Of a stretch of DNA of 64,000 nucleotides, positions 1-12,471 are shown piece by piece. The stretch lies in assembly GCA_973851085.1 (NCBI GenBank), contig OZ316775.1, forward strand, positions 21,886,001-21,950,000. The letters are read 5' to 3'. The notes under the pieces were generated by a model. The model was not told where the DNA came from. It was given only the letters and a program-made list of their open reading frames with translations, and ran no database searches. How positions within the stretch are numbered: position 1 is the first letter of the stretch; every line of letters starts with the position of its first letter. This DNA is from Ptychomitrium polyphyllum (lineage: Eukaryota). The position numbers and the translations under genes are program-made.

Positions 1-324
1 GAAGCGTGTCATGGACACATCTGATTGTTTTGTTCTTCCTCTCCCATTATAATGATTTGATTTGGCTCATGGGGCCGAGAGACTAGGCACGCGCTAAAAT
101 CTTGCAGGCACTGTTTATCAAAAGTTGTCGTTATAAGTGTTGTGAAAGACGGTGTTATTTCAGTTAACTATCTCCTCTATGCAATATTTATTCATCAGTG
201 TCCGGTTCAAAAATTTCAGCAGCACAGGAGAGCACTTTTTCGACAAATAGCTGAAAAGATAATATAGTACACTCTGGATTTGCATCCTCTAGAACCGTGG
301 AAACTTACGATTATGGCTGTTTGA

Positions 325-3096
325 ATGGAAACGGAACAGGTCACGATGCCTGTGGAGACGCTACAATTCTCAGACGCCTTGCTGTCGGAACAGCAGAGAA
401 CCTGCTCAGTTTATGACCCGACTATTAATGACAGCTCAAGTTTAAACTGCCTAGAAAATGAAGAGGATATCTTTCTAGAGGGTCCATATGATCGGCTGCT
501 TGGTGACACTGAGCACAATTGGTGTCGAGCGGTCTCGGTCGGAACAGGCATCACTGTTCTAGGATTCCTGTTCCCATACCCGCTTAATCTGCCAGATCTT
601 CAAACTGCCATCGATGTTGTGCAGGTTAGTACCCTCCTCTTGTCGTTCTGTTCAAAATATGGATACGAGAACACCATTGTGTAGTCCGCATACAGTTTTT
701 TTTATGTCCTTTTTCTATCTTTGCAGTTGCATTGCAGCCGTGTCACTATTAATTTGCCGGTATAGAATTGTTCAACCCTCGCTGCTGCTTGAAAGATATC
801 GTTTTGAGAGTGAACAGCTGAGACTTCTGGTCAATGTTTTTGGTATCTGTTCTCTTTCCCCGTTCAGATTTCACTCGAAATTTAGTGCAAAATGGAATGG
901 AATCAATTTACCGCTCTTTTGTAAACAGGGATTTTAGAGAATAGGATTTTGGATCTTCTAATCCAGGTCGGAGGTCACAATCAGGACTATTTTCATCCAT
1001 CGTTTCATGTGCGTGTGTTTTGTTTGTAGAAGATATTGTCAAAAATATTGTTGATGTCTCATCTTTTTATTCTATATTATTGTTAATAGCATTTTGCTGA
1101 ATATTGAAGTTGAATTAGTCGGTGTGGTGCAGCTTCAGCATCCCCGCCTTCGTTCACAGCTCCTTTGGATTCGCGGAAGGCCTGCCTTTCAAGTCTGCAA
1201 TGAGCCGATAATTAAGGTTGAAGTAGTGGAGAATCAGGAAGAGCCACATTGTAATAAAGTTGTTTCAGATGATACAGGATCAACACCTTCTGAGATAGCG
1301 ACGGGCGTTCTCCACGATGAAGACCAACAACACTCTACACCAACTCGTAGGGAAGACTGCGACGCAAAGAGATGGTTACAATTTGTGGAGGACGAGTTAA
1401 ATATCAACATATGGCCTCAAAGAGAGCACTGTGCACAGCCAGTGCCACTATTCGTAGTTCGCCTGTACCTTTTGCCACAGAATCGTTCCCTCATGACCTT
1501 AAGATTACACACAGCTGCTTGTGACCGCGTTTCAGCTGCCACTGTCTCAACTGATGTCTTGAAAGCTCTTTTCAAGATTAGTAGAGGGGAACTTGCTGCT
1601 CCAGCTGTGAATCACGAGACAGAGGCAGAGCTTTCACAGCCACTGCAACACGAAGCAGGCTAGTGAAAATGTTTTTCTTTCTCCCTCATACTCGCACGAG
1701 GAAAGGTTTCAAAATATTTTGTAGTGAACGTTGATATGAAAATTTACTGATTTGACTTATCACACTTCTGCTGCATTCATCAGGGACACAGGATAAGAAC
1801 AGTGGGTTTGATTTATCACCTGTCGAAGCCACAATTCCTCCAGCAAAAGCAAACAAACCTTTTTGGGCACACGGGATCGATCTTCTCGGATACTCGCTGG
1901 GATCAAAACGACATGCTCTGCTACCCTTTCACGATTCCCAGTCACCACGAAGGACTGGATTGATCCGTTCCTCACTAAGCTATGATCATACACAGGCACT
2001 CTTGCAGGTAGCTTTTCCAATTTGTATGAGTTGTCGTTGTATAATTCTCTCTTGATTTTTGAGAATGATCTCTTGTTAACGCATGCAAATGTGTCTTCTT
2101 CCTCCACGGTTTATCCTTATCAGAAACGTCATTTTCTCCAGAGCAGCAGTTAGACTTGAGTATTCACGAAAAAATAAAACGGGCCATCTTTGTTCAAGTG
2201 AGTTCGTGTTCACGAAAACGTGCAGCTGTGTTCATCCGATTACATTTGATTGTTTTGCTTGGTTGCAGGCATGCACCGATGCCAAAGCAAGCCTGTATGG
2301 AGCTCTCTGTGCTGCAGGTTTGAAGGCAGCCGCTGCTGTTAAGCAGCTTGGTAACCGAGCTGAGCACTATGCCATCATAAGTCTTGTTGATTGTCGAAAA
2401 TTCTTGGAGCCTTCCATTTCCGATAGCACTGTTGGTATGCTCTCTCTGAATACAGCTCATTTTCTGTTAGGGAAAGGACGTCTCTCTTTGTTCAGGTGGA
2501 TTATATTTATTACATCGTTGAATAAGTAAGGTCATTTAAAGAGCTTAATTGAAACTAATATGCCTTGGTAGCTAGAGGTGTCTACATCTACAAGAGAATT
2601 CCAATTACATTTATTTTAGCGCTCACTTGTTTGCATTTTCTTTCCAGGCTTTTATCATTCAGCACTCATGTTGACACATTACCTCAACGAAAAAGTGGAG
2701 TTTTGGGAGCTCGCAAGGAGATGTTCAAGCTCACTTGACAGTGCAATGAAAAACCGTAAGCACTTCACGGATATGGGTGACCTCAACTACCTCATGTATC
2801 AAGCCATCTCACATCCAAATCTTACGCCTGCAAGTTCTCTTCGCACTTCACTTCTCGTGACATTCCGAGACACCTTGTCGGACGATATTGGAGACTTGTG
2901 TACTGCATTAGGTGTTGAGGATTTTGTTGGCTGCTCATCAGTCCATGGTGTTGGGCCATCCTTAGCTATGTTTGATGCAATCCGTAGCGGGGAACTTCAT
3001 TGCGCCAACGTCTTCCCTACTCCTTTACATTCGCGCACACAGATGCAGGCTTATGTTAATACCATGATGAGTTACCTAGTAGAGTTCCTCCCATGA
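325..3096 (+). CDS. At3g52610-like plant protein, CoA-dependent acyltransferase/condensation-domain fold; exons 325-624, 1133-1658, 1784-2007, 2269-2434, 2648-3096 (~554 aa)
   Basis: Exons join in frame. Motifs RLLGDTEHNWCRAV-GTGITV, LHTAACDR, KPFWAHGIDLLGYSL, GFYHSA, HFTDMGDLNYLM, SSLRT, SVHGVGPS and PLHSR match the family as I recall it. The intron 2 boundaries are ambiguous. Confidence 0.85.
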
Positions 3097-4980
3097 CCGT
3101 GTTTAGACCTTTTGTAATTCCCTCATGTTCTGTTAGCGAAATACCTTACTCGTTCGAAATTGAAAAATCTCTATTCCGCAGTACAACTGTCTCCTCATCT
3201 TGCCACCCATCCTTTAATAGTATGAAGCACTTTGTAATCACCTGGTGGCAGTCCACTAGGAGGATTGTGGGAGCGGGCTTACAAACTTCCCATTCTCCTT
3301 AACAAAATGTCAAAATTCTCCTAATAATGTACAGATCAAAATCTTCCTAGAGTCGCAAGCTTAATCTCAAAGGCATTATAACAAGCATCGCAATGAAAAA
3401 AGCGAAGTAACGGAGAAGTCTGCAGCCCCACTGAAGGTAAAAAACCTTCAGGGCTGTTCTGTATATTATTGTGTCGTAAACTTGTGTAGGAAGTGGTTGT
3501 AGTCTAAGGCTTAGGTAATGAAAGGTAAGTTAGTCTAGTTCTTTAACAATTAGTCTAATTGGCTTACAAATGGGAGAGGAAGAAAGGTCCTAACAATCAT
3601 TCTATAAGTGTCTGAATTATGATGTGAAAGTTATATTCATCTGTGAAGTATTCCCCTCAAATTTCATCCTTGTATAATAAATAAATTGCCTCAATTAATG
3701 TAGCACATCATATATTGTTCATAGATGCAATTCTATCATTTTACAATATAAATTTATAAACACTTTGAAGAATAGAATTTATTATTGTTGATACTATATC
3801 TCAACAATGAAATTCCTTGAGTTTTTCCACATATAATATCCATGTATTAATATCCATGAAAAATCAATATTTATTTTATATTCAATGTTTGATTTAATTT
3901 TTTTAAAGTTTTAATTTAAAAGATATATTTTAAAACATATATTTTATTTTTTGGCTATTATTATATGCTATTTCCATTTGCCTTGAGAAAATTTTAGCAA
4001 ACCACATCAATTCTCTCTTAGTGTAATTGAAGTTGATATTGGCAAGAATTGTTTTATTAAGTGAATGAATCAATTTTAATAACAATTTTTTTTGAAAGTC
4101 AAAAGACATGAATTTTGATTGTTATTAGAAGAAATGAAAAGTCAAGACCATTATATAATTTATATAAAAAGCCAAGAAAAAGATAGGAAGATATATTATG
4201 TATTGCAAAATTAGAATTAAACTATAAAGTTTGTTTTATTGTAACTTCTAATTTGCAAGAGTTTGGTAGTTAAATGCTAATAAAAGTTGTTGTGTAATTG
4301 GCTTACAATTGATAATTATATGCTAATAAAAATAGTTAAATTTATTTAAAATAGAATTATATCTTTAAGCTTTTAAAATATAATTATTTAAAAAATAAAA
4401 TAAATAAATGTTACACATGAACTATTAAATCAAGTTTTATTGTATCCAGAAAAATTGTATTAAATTATACTTTGATTCTTTTATAATTCTTTGAATATAT
4501 TTAATATATATGAAAATAATATCAATCTTTGACTTTTTGGATTTCTTTAATAATTTATTTCTTTAACGACAAATATGTTTTAAAGATAATTCATTATATT
4601 AATATTTTAGCAATTGATTGAATTTGATGCTTCTAAAATACATACTTCATTAAAACTTAAAAATGTAGAAGTGTATGAATTTTAACAAAGTTAAATTTGC
4701 ATTAACTTTAATTTAAAATTAACCTTGGAAGATGAGGTTATAAATTCAAGTAATATAATATTTTTTAGAAATCACTACATTAAGAGTATCTCAAATTTAA
4801 AATTTCTCAATATAATTTTAATTACATATATATTTTTTATTTTTTTTATAATGAATTAAAAAAATAAGATTGAATTCAATGTTTTAAATCTATAACAATA
4901 CTTTGGTTATAAAATTGGTATATTTAATTATATGGATAGAATCTAAAATTTCAAATCTCCAACTTTTATTTTATACATGA

Positions 4981-5381
4981 AATTATAGACAGAGTAATCA
5001 TAAGACAAGGCTCAAGAATTCCAAGATGTGGAACAAGATAAGTCCAAGTATATTAGAGATATAGAGCTACAATAAGGTACAAAAGACAAGGCTAGAAGGT
5101 TTGAAATAGACCATAAGAGATGTGTTGTTGTTGCCTCGACTCTTATATATACTAGAATTACAAGCCTTGGAAGCTTATTGAAAAGCTTCACCTACATTGC
5201 TTTGTATTCAAGCAACCTTGAGTTGCTTCCTTGGAAGTTTCCTAGGTCGAGGTAACGTTCTTGGAAGCTTCTTAAACATAAGGTAACTTCCTAGGAAGTT
5301 TCATAAATTAAGGTTACTTCCTTGGAAGCTTCTTAAATCTTTTAAGAATCTTTTTAGATGCTTCTATGTATGTCCGTGACA
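4981..5381 (-). repeat. 3' LTR of family A element
   Basis: Direct repeat of 12064-12471; ends TGTCCGTGACA next to the PPT. Confidence 0.9.
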
Positions 5382-5426
5382 TCACCTCCCCTTCTATCTC
5401 CAAGGTCTCTAAAGAATAACAAATGC

Positions 5427-5777
5427 TTAGAGTTGTAAAAAGTCAAAAATTTGTCGCATGGTATTTGCAACATACTCTAGTTGCCTTTCTTGATTCAAAT
5501 GGTTCATGGGTCCTTGTAACCACCAATAGTATCCAACGCCTCCTACTTAGAACCAAGCATGAACTTCTATATCTTTGTTGTAAAAACGTCCTTCAAAAAC
5601 AACTTTTGGATAACTTTCATTAGCCGGCTTTACTTCAAAAACAATCACCAATGATCTATTGTTAGATATCCTTTGACGTCTTCTTGGTCCAATCTGTTCT
5701 TCATCACGAGGTCGTCGACAAGAGCCACTTGGTTGGATTGACACCACTGGCATGGTATTTGCATATTGACTGTCCAT
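5427..5777 (-). pseudogene. Extra 3' ORF (ORF3) of family A chromovirus, one internal TAA at 5547-5549
   Basis: Reads MDSQYANTMP...RSLVIVFEV...PKVVFEGRF...AWF*VGGVGYYWWLQGPMNHLNQERQLEYVANTMRQIFDFLQL*; aligns with family B ORF3. Confidence 0.7.
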
Positions 5778-5989
5778 ACCTAATATATCGAGTTAATCTT
5801 AAAAAACTATGACAAACTTCAAAATACAAACAACTAATTTCTAAATCATGTCTGGAGCTTTGGAAACTTATAATCTAGGAGTTACTTTTTCTTCTACTTA
5901 AAAGCCTAAGCATTAAGAGCTTTTAAGGTTACCCAGCCTTTCTGAGCTACTGTTTCATCTACTGCTACTTTTTATTTGGATGGATGTTG

Positions 5990-8007
5990 TCAATGGAACT
6001 CACAAACTTTTACTAGTGAATTGGCAAGGTTGTTAGTTGGCTCCCATGTACGTTCACTAATGTCATATCCATGCCAATGTACCAAATATTCTAGCTTTTT
6101 ATGTCTTATCCGTGATTCAAGCACTTCTTCCACTTCAAATTCATGATGATTGTCAATTTCGACCGCAAGGGGTGGGAGTTGCCTTTGTCTAGTAATACTT
6201 GATTCTTTATAAGTCTCCAAAAGTGAAACGTAAAAGACGAGATATACCTTCATTGATGTTGGTAGTTCCAAACAATATGCCATATTGTTGACTTGTTTTT
6301 CGGTTTCAAATGGTCCCACTCTGCGATAGTCCAGCTTGACACATGGCCTATTGGTTTTTATATTGCTTCAAAGGAGCCACACTTGCTCACCAATTTGGAA
6401 TGGAGGTTCTTCCTTCTTTGTTGCAACTGCTGCTATTTTGTATTGTTCCTAATCTTCTTTTAGTGGAGTCTTCATGGTTATTTGAAGCTCTGCCATTCTT
6501 GTGGCTAATTCCTGTGTTGTTGGATTCTCAGTTTGTGGAGGCTGTAACTTATCCATCTTTGGATGATGTGCATAACTGGGATAGAATGGCGTTTGTTGGG
6601 TGGAAGCGTGAAGGGTGTTGTTGTAAGCAAACTCAGCCATTGTCAAGTACAAAGTCTAATTGTCTTATTGGTAGTTGATGGTACACTTCAAATATTGCTC
6701 CAAGAGCTGGTTGACTCGCTTTGTTTGGCCACCGGTCTAAGAATGGAAGGCAAAAGAAAGTTTGATGTCCACCTTCAGGATTTCAAAGAGCAACTTCCAA
6801 AATCTTAATACAAACTGTGGTCCACAATCCGATATAATATTGTTGGATAATCCATGGTAGCGGTAGACATTATCCATGAAGAATGTGGCAATTTCTTCAT
6901 CCGTAATTGTCTTCTTACAAGGTACAAAATGTGCCATCTAGGTCAAGTGGTCTACTACAACAAAGATATCATAAAAAGAATTTGACGGTGGAAGATTTGT
7001 AATGAAACCCATTGAAACAGACAACCACGGTTGCCTTGGAATAGGCAGTGGTTAGAAAAGTCCATATGGACGGTGTCAAGGGTTTTTCAACCTAGAGAAG
7101 GTATCATACGAGAGTACAAACTCCTTAATGGCCTTCCACATTTGAGGCCACCAAAAGTCTCAAGAGAGAAATTCTAAGGTTTTGTTGATTTCACAATGTC
7201 TATTTGTAGGAAAGTCATGACATGTTTGAAGTACACAAAGGCGAATTGGTCCTTCATGAATATATAGACGTTCTTCAAAATAGAGAAGGCTATCTTCTAA
7301 TTTGCATTTAGACACATTTTTAGGGAGATTGTTGGAATGATGCTTGATATCAAGAATAAAAAAGACCTTTATAAATGCCACATGCACCTGGTCAAAGAAC
7401 AATGAATCCACCGGATTTGAAATGGTGATTGTGTGTATGTAAAATCGTTCAGGTTTCAACAAAATTGCTTGTTGTTGATTGTGTGCTGCCTCTTCCTCCT
7501 TTGGCACAAGGTATGATTGCCTTCATAGAGCAATCTGATAATCTTTGTTGTTTTTTGGGTCGATATGTGATGCAAAAATCAAATCGAGATAGAGACATAC
7601 TCCTACAAACTTGGCAGCGATTCAAAACAAGGGCTGACCTGAAATATTCTAAGTTCTTGTGATCTGAATATACTATCACTAAATGCGTGGCATCTTTGAG
7701 CAACTGACGCCATTCTTGGAAAGAATCCACAATTGCAAGGAAATCCTTGTTGTGGATCTTGCAGATTGATTTCTGCAGCTAAATTTTTTTTGGGATGGAA
7801 TGCAATTAGATGGAGTCTTTTTTCTAACCTCCTTTGGAACAAAAGTGCTCCTAATTCAAAGTCAAAAGCATCTGTCTCAAGATAAAATTGTTTCAAAAAG
7901 TCCGGATGGACCAGAATAGGAGCTGTGGTAAAAGCTCGCTTCAAACTTTGGAATGCATCCTCAACATTAGATTTTTCCATGCATGTTAGTTGTGTGAGTG
8001 GTCTAGT
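5990..8007 (-). pseudogene. pol remnant of family A: RT-RNase H linker, RNase H, integrase, chromodomain (stops and frameshifts)
   Basis: Motifs [61 protein letters not shown]...YLVHWHGY...WEP. Confidence 0.9.
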
Positions 8008-10713
8008 TATTAGGGACACAAGAAACAAGAAGCAAAAACGTACTGTTTTCCAAGAATTAGCTTCCAAAGAGCTAATGATTAACAAGAACTTGATACAAAG
8101 ACTAGAATAAGGCAGGATTCAAGATGATCCACATCTTGTGTTGGCAAGACTAAGGAATACCTTGTCTTGCCTCCTATTTATACTATGACGTTTCTATCTC
8201 TTAGAATACTTCTAAAGAAGCTTCCTACAAGGCTTAAGAATGTTCTGGAAGTCAAGGGAACCTTCCCAAGAAGTTTCTTAAGATATTGGAACCTTCTTAA
8301 GAGTCTTCCCAGGGGTTGGAACCTTCCTTGGAAGTTTCTTAAGGTACCGGAACTTTCTTCGAAAGTTTCCTAAGATGATGCAACCTTCCTAAGAAGTTAC
8401 ATACGATCATAGAACTTTCTTAGGAAGTTTCCTAAGGTGGAAGAATTTTCCTAGGAAGCTTCCTAAGAATATGAAAAGACTATGGAGACATCTAAAAATA
8501 TTCTAAGAAGCTATTATAGTATACTAGAAGGTTCTAGAATGTTCTAAGGACTATATTGCATCATCTATGTCCGTGACATCACCTCTCCATTTAGCGACAA
8601 GTTCCATAAAGAGCTCTTTTCTTGGCTTGCTTATCACATTTCTACAAATTCCAAAATTTGTCAAAGGAGTGAAGCAACATACTCTGCTCGTTGTTCTTTG
8701 TTCACTGGTTCAACTGGTCCTTGCAAGAAGCGTCCATGGCCGCCAGCCAAGACTTCTGTTGTTGAAATGTCCCATCCCAAGATCTGATCTTGATTAAGTC
8801 CTTCAAAACATCCTCCAAACAAGATTTCGGGTCCTCCAAGTGTGACTCTTCCAATTTCTAACAAGATGATTAGAGCGCGAGCATCTGAATCAAGACTGGA
8901 ATGTGAAGGGCGACTAGTCAATACTTCTGCACGAGGTCGTACTCGACGTTGGGATGTCCCTCTCATATCTTGACTTAGATCCTCCGTTACCGAGGGCTGA
9001 GAAAGTTGAGTTGACTCAACAGATGCTGTTGTTCATGAAGGCATGGCTGACTGCTCTTCACGCATATCCATGATAACACGAAGATTTGACACACTGGCTA
9101 GGATTTGGAAATGATCTATCTTGGAAATGATGCTGCATACAATTGGAGGTTTGGATATCTCTCCTCCCTTCTTATACTTGTCTATGAAGGAAAAACTTCT
9201 CTGTGAAGCTAACGGCTGCTGATGACACATCATCACTGACCTGGTTTCTGAGGATATTTTTGATGAAATTCGCATATCTTCTCAGATGCATTTGTTACAT
9301 TCGTTGAAGGTTCCCATGTTCGGTCATTGATGCCATATCCTTGCCAATATATAAGGTACTCCACACGTCCGTTCTTGATGCGTGAATCTAAGATCTCTTC
9401 CACTTCATATTCAATTTCATTATTGATTTCTAGCGGAGGAGGCGGAGGGACAATTTTCTCTGGTATACATGATTTGTTATAGGTTTCCAACAACGATACG
9501 TGGAATACTGGATGAATTTGCATGCTTGATGGTAGCTTTAGGCAATAACTAACCAAATTTATTTGTTTGCTGATTTCAAACGGTCCCAGCCTTTGATAGA
9601 CCAACTTCTTTGATGGTCTTTTTGTCTGTATATTTCGTCGTAGGAGCCATACGCTACTCCAACCTTGAACTTTGGATGGTCCTTTCGATGGCGATCTGCA
9701 TAAGTTTTGTAACAATCTTGAGCTTGTTGTAACTGAAAGGTAATTTCTTGATGGATTTTAGCAAGTTGAGTTGCAAAATCCTCTGCTGCAGGACTTCCAA
9801 CATGCTTCACTTGAAATGGATTTGTTTGAGGATGATGGCCATAGTTTGCAAAGAATGGACTTTGAGTTGTTGAAAAATGCACCGTATTGTTGTAAGCAAA
9901 TTCTGCCAAAGGCAAGAGGTCCATCCAATTGTCTTGCTGGTAGTTTATGCTACAACAAAGGTACTGCTCCAAAATTTGATTCACACGTTCGGTTTGGCCA
10001 TCAGTTTGCGGATGGTGTGCTGAAGAAAGATTGATCTTTACACGCAACAGCTTGAATAGAGCCCTCCAAAAGTTGGAAATAAACTGCGGCCCCCGATCGG
10101 ATACAATATCATCTGGTAGTCCATGTATGCGGTAGACGTGATTTAGGAACAACTTGGCATTATTTGCTCCCGTTACCGCCTTATTGTATGGAATGAAATA
10201 TGCCATTTTGGTAAATCGATCCACCACTACCAAAATAGAATCCTTAGAATCGGAATTTGGAAGGTCCGTGATAAAATCCATTGATAAAGACAACCACGGG
10301 TCCTTTGGCACTGGAAGCGGATGTAGGAGACCATGAGATTGGTGCTTTGGTACCTTGGCTCTTGCACAAGTGTCGCATGATTGAATAAAGTCCTTCACTT
10401 ACTTCCACATTTGTGGCCACCAATAGTCTCTTGCAATCAACTCCATTGTTTTATTGAATCCAAAATGTCTAGCTGCTGGAAAATCATGACGTGCTTGAAG
10501 GATCTTCAACCGCAAAGGGCCTGGAGGTAGATACAAAATTTCTTTATAATAAAGTAGGCCCTCTTGGAATTCAAAGTCCTCATCGCTATTTGAAGGATTT
10601 CCATTGTCTTTGAGGCGCTTCTTTATATTTGAAACAAAGATGTCATTCTTCAAAGCCTTCTGAATTTTGTCAAGATGGGATGTTGTCGTAATAATTGTTG
10701 CTTTCATTTGAAG
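8008..10713 (-). mobile_element. 5'-truncated chromovirus of family B (copy B1) nested in pol of element A; LTR 8008-8578, PPT, ORF3, chromo-integrase
   Basis: Colinear with 47994-50700; integrase and chromodomain ORFs at 9233-10707. Confidence 0.9.
8634..9071 (-). pseudogene. ORF3 of copy B1 (146 codons; TGA at 9033-9035 and 8661-8663)
   Basis: Track ORFs 9033-9275 and 8661-8966 lie in the same frame; homologous to 48620-49057 and 5427-5777. Confidence 0.7.
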
Positions 10714-10717
10714 TATC

Positions 10718-11861
10718 TGTCGCGTACCTCTCCTTGAAGAGTGCCTGCAAGACTAAGGGCACAAGGAGGACCCTGGAGTGTCGTCCGGGACTTGTAGCGC
10801 CGATAGTGAAAGAAACTGAGTGGGCCTAGCGTGGGAAGGATCCTGATGGGGAGAAACATCCTTGTCCATGTAGACCGAGGGCCACAATGGATAATTTGTA
10901 GGCATAGGAGGAATCACAAAGAGTTGATTCTAGAATGATAAAGATTGCCCAAATCGGACAAGGGAGCTAAAAGTTATGGCATCTCAAATTTGGGGTTCCT
11001 AAGGGCTGTTCTGGACTGTGGCAACCCTACACAATGACTGTACTGGACTGGGACAGTCCAGGGAGAGACTCCCCGAGAGCCCCGAACCTTGGGAGAAGCA
11101 TATCTCACAAAACACTAACTCAAATTGGATGTTTGAAGAGTCTATTGGCATCTACGCAAAGAGTAATAACGATTGAGTGGTCACTCAATACATTCAAGCA
11201 CCGGATGAGGAAGATATGGCTCCCTAAAGGTCTGCAGGGAATTCCAGAGGCTTCCAGCGGCTAAGTCCCAAGGGAGATCGGGTGGTCTTTCCAAAACTTT
11301 AGGTATGTCGGGGTTCAGCCAGCTACAGAGGGCCAGGGAGCCTGCCAAATCCCACAGAGAGTACTATAAGGGAAGATAGGTCCTCCTCCCCACTCTCCTA
11401 GTGTCCTGGTAGAGACCAAGGGTGAGTCCCGGTTAATGGAGCTAGTGTTGGAGCTTCACCACGTGGACTCCCACACCATTGTAAGCCGGTGTACGGCCGA
11501 TTGTACAAAAGGAACTAATGAGATCAAGATGGCACGTTTGTTACCACTAAGTTGAGGTGGTGTCTTCACGTCGGCACCATGATGGCCCGGAGTGATCTTA
11601 GGATCACATGGGGATCATGAGTGGTGATGAGGAGACACCACTAAGTGCGGTTAGGCCATGTGGAATGGGAGTAACACCAAGTGAGGCTTTGGACATGAAT
11701 GGAAGTCTGCACCTAATCATTAGCTACCAATCAATTGAGTGTCCTAAGAGAAATTGTAGACGGATTTGGAAAATAAGAATGGCGGTTAACCATGTGTTTG
11801 TGGAGGTATACAGGGTTGACTTGTGTGAAACTTGTTAAGGTGCCTTACAAGGGTCGCAACA
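10718..11861. mobile_element. Solo LTR-like sequence (family C, ~1.14 kb, relatively GC-rich) without TSD
   Basis: Termini TGTCGCG...CGCAACA (TG..CA with short inverted repeat); abrupt boundaries with the B1 integrase on the left and the element A 5' leader on the right. Confidence 0.65.
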
Positions 11862-12063
11862 CCTAACATAAAAAATGAAGTGGAAATAGATAAAAACTTC
11901 TAACTATGTAAGAAACCAAAGAAAATTCAAGAGGAAATATCAGTCTAGAGGAGGGTATTCTATAACTTCTAGAATGCTATAGTGCTTTTGAAAAAGACGA
12001 GTGATCCATTCTCTATTAAGAAAGACCAAGCTCTGATATTAATGTATGTCAGTATTGACAAAT

Positions 12064-12471
12064 TGTTACAAACAGAGTAACCATACGACAAGGTTCTAAA
12101 ATTCCAAGATGTAGAATAAAATAAGTCCAAATATATTAGAGATATAGAGCTACAACAAGGTACAAAAGACTAGGCCAGAAGGTCTGAAGTAGACCACAAG
12201 AGATGTGTTGTCAAGGCTGAAGAGTTCTTTAGCCTCAACTCTTATATATATTAGAATTACAAGCCTTAGAAGCTTCTTGAGAAGCTTCATCTACATTGCT
12301 TTGCACTCAAGCAACCTTGAGTTGCTTCCTTGGAAGTTTCCTAAGCCGAGGTAACTTCCTTGGAAGCTTCTTAAGTCAAGGCAACTTCCTTGGAAGCTTT
12401 CTAAATCTAAGGTAACTTCCTAAATCTTCTAAGAATCTTTCTAGATGCTTCTAATATATATGTCCGTGATA
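12064..12471 (-). repeat. 5' LTR of family A element
   Basis: Starts TGTTACA; direct repeat of 4981-5381; followed by TSD CATGA. Confidence 0.9.

Larger units (their letters stand above)
4981..12471 (-). mobile_element. Ty3/gypsy chromovirus (Tcn1-like), family A; degenerate, internally deleted, carries nested insertions
   Basis: LTR pair 4981-5381 and 12064-12471; 5-bp TSD CATGA at 4976-4980 and 12472-12476; PPT at 5382-5391; RNase H, integrase and chromodomain remnants. Confidence 0.9.

Noticed and set aside
1760..2107. Minus-strand 115-aa ORF
   Set aside because: Antisense to exon 3 of the plus-strand gene; no independent support.
5423..5623. Plus-strand ORFs 5423-5623, 8567-8797 and 48553-48783 share KFV..QHTL..RLLL
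   Set aside because: Most likely shadows of minus-strand ORF3. The minus frame is conserved over a longer span with matching start and stop; the plus frames start and end at different places.
12029..12042. GCTCTGATA resembling a canonical tRNAiMet PBS
   Set aside because: It lacks the ACCA end, lies ~25 nt from the LTR and is not kept in family B; self-complementarity explains the LTR-adjacent site better.
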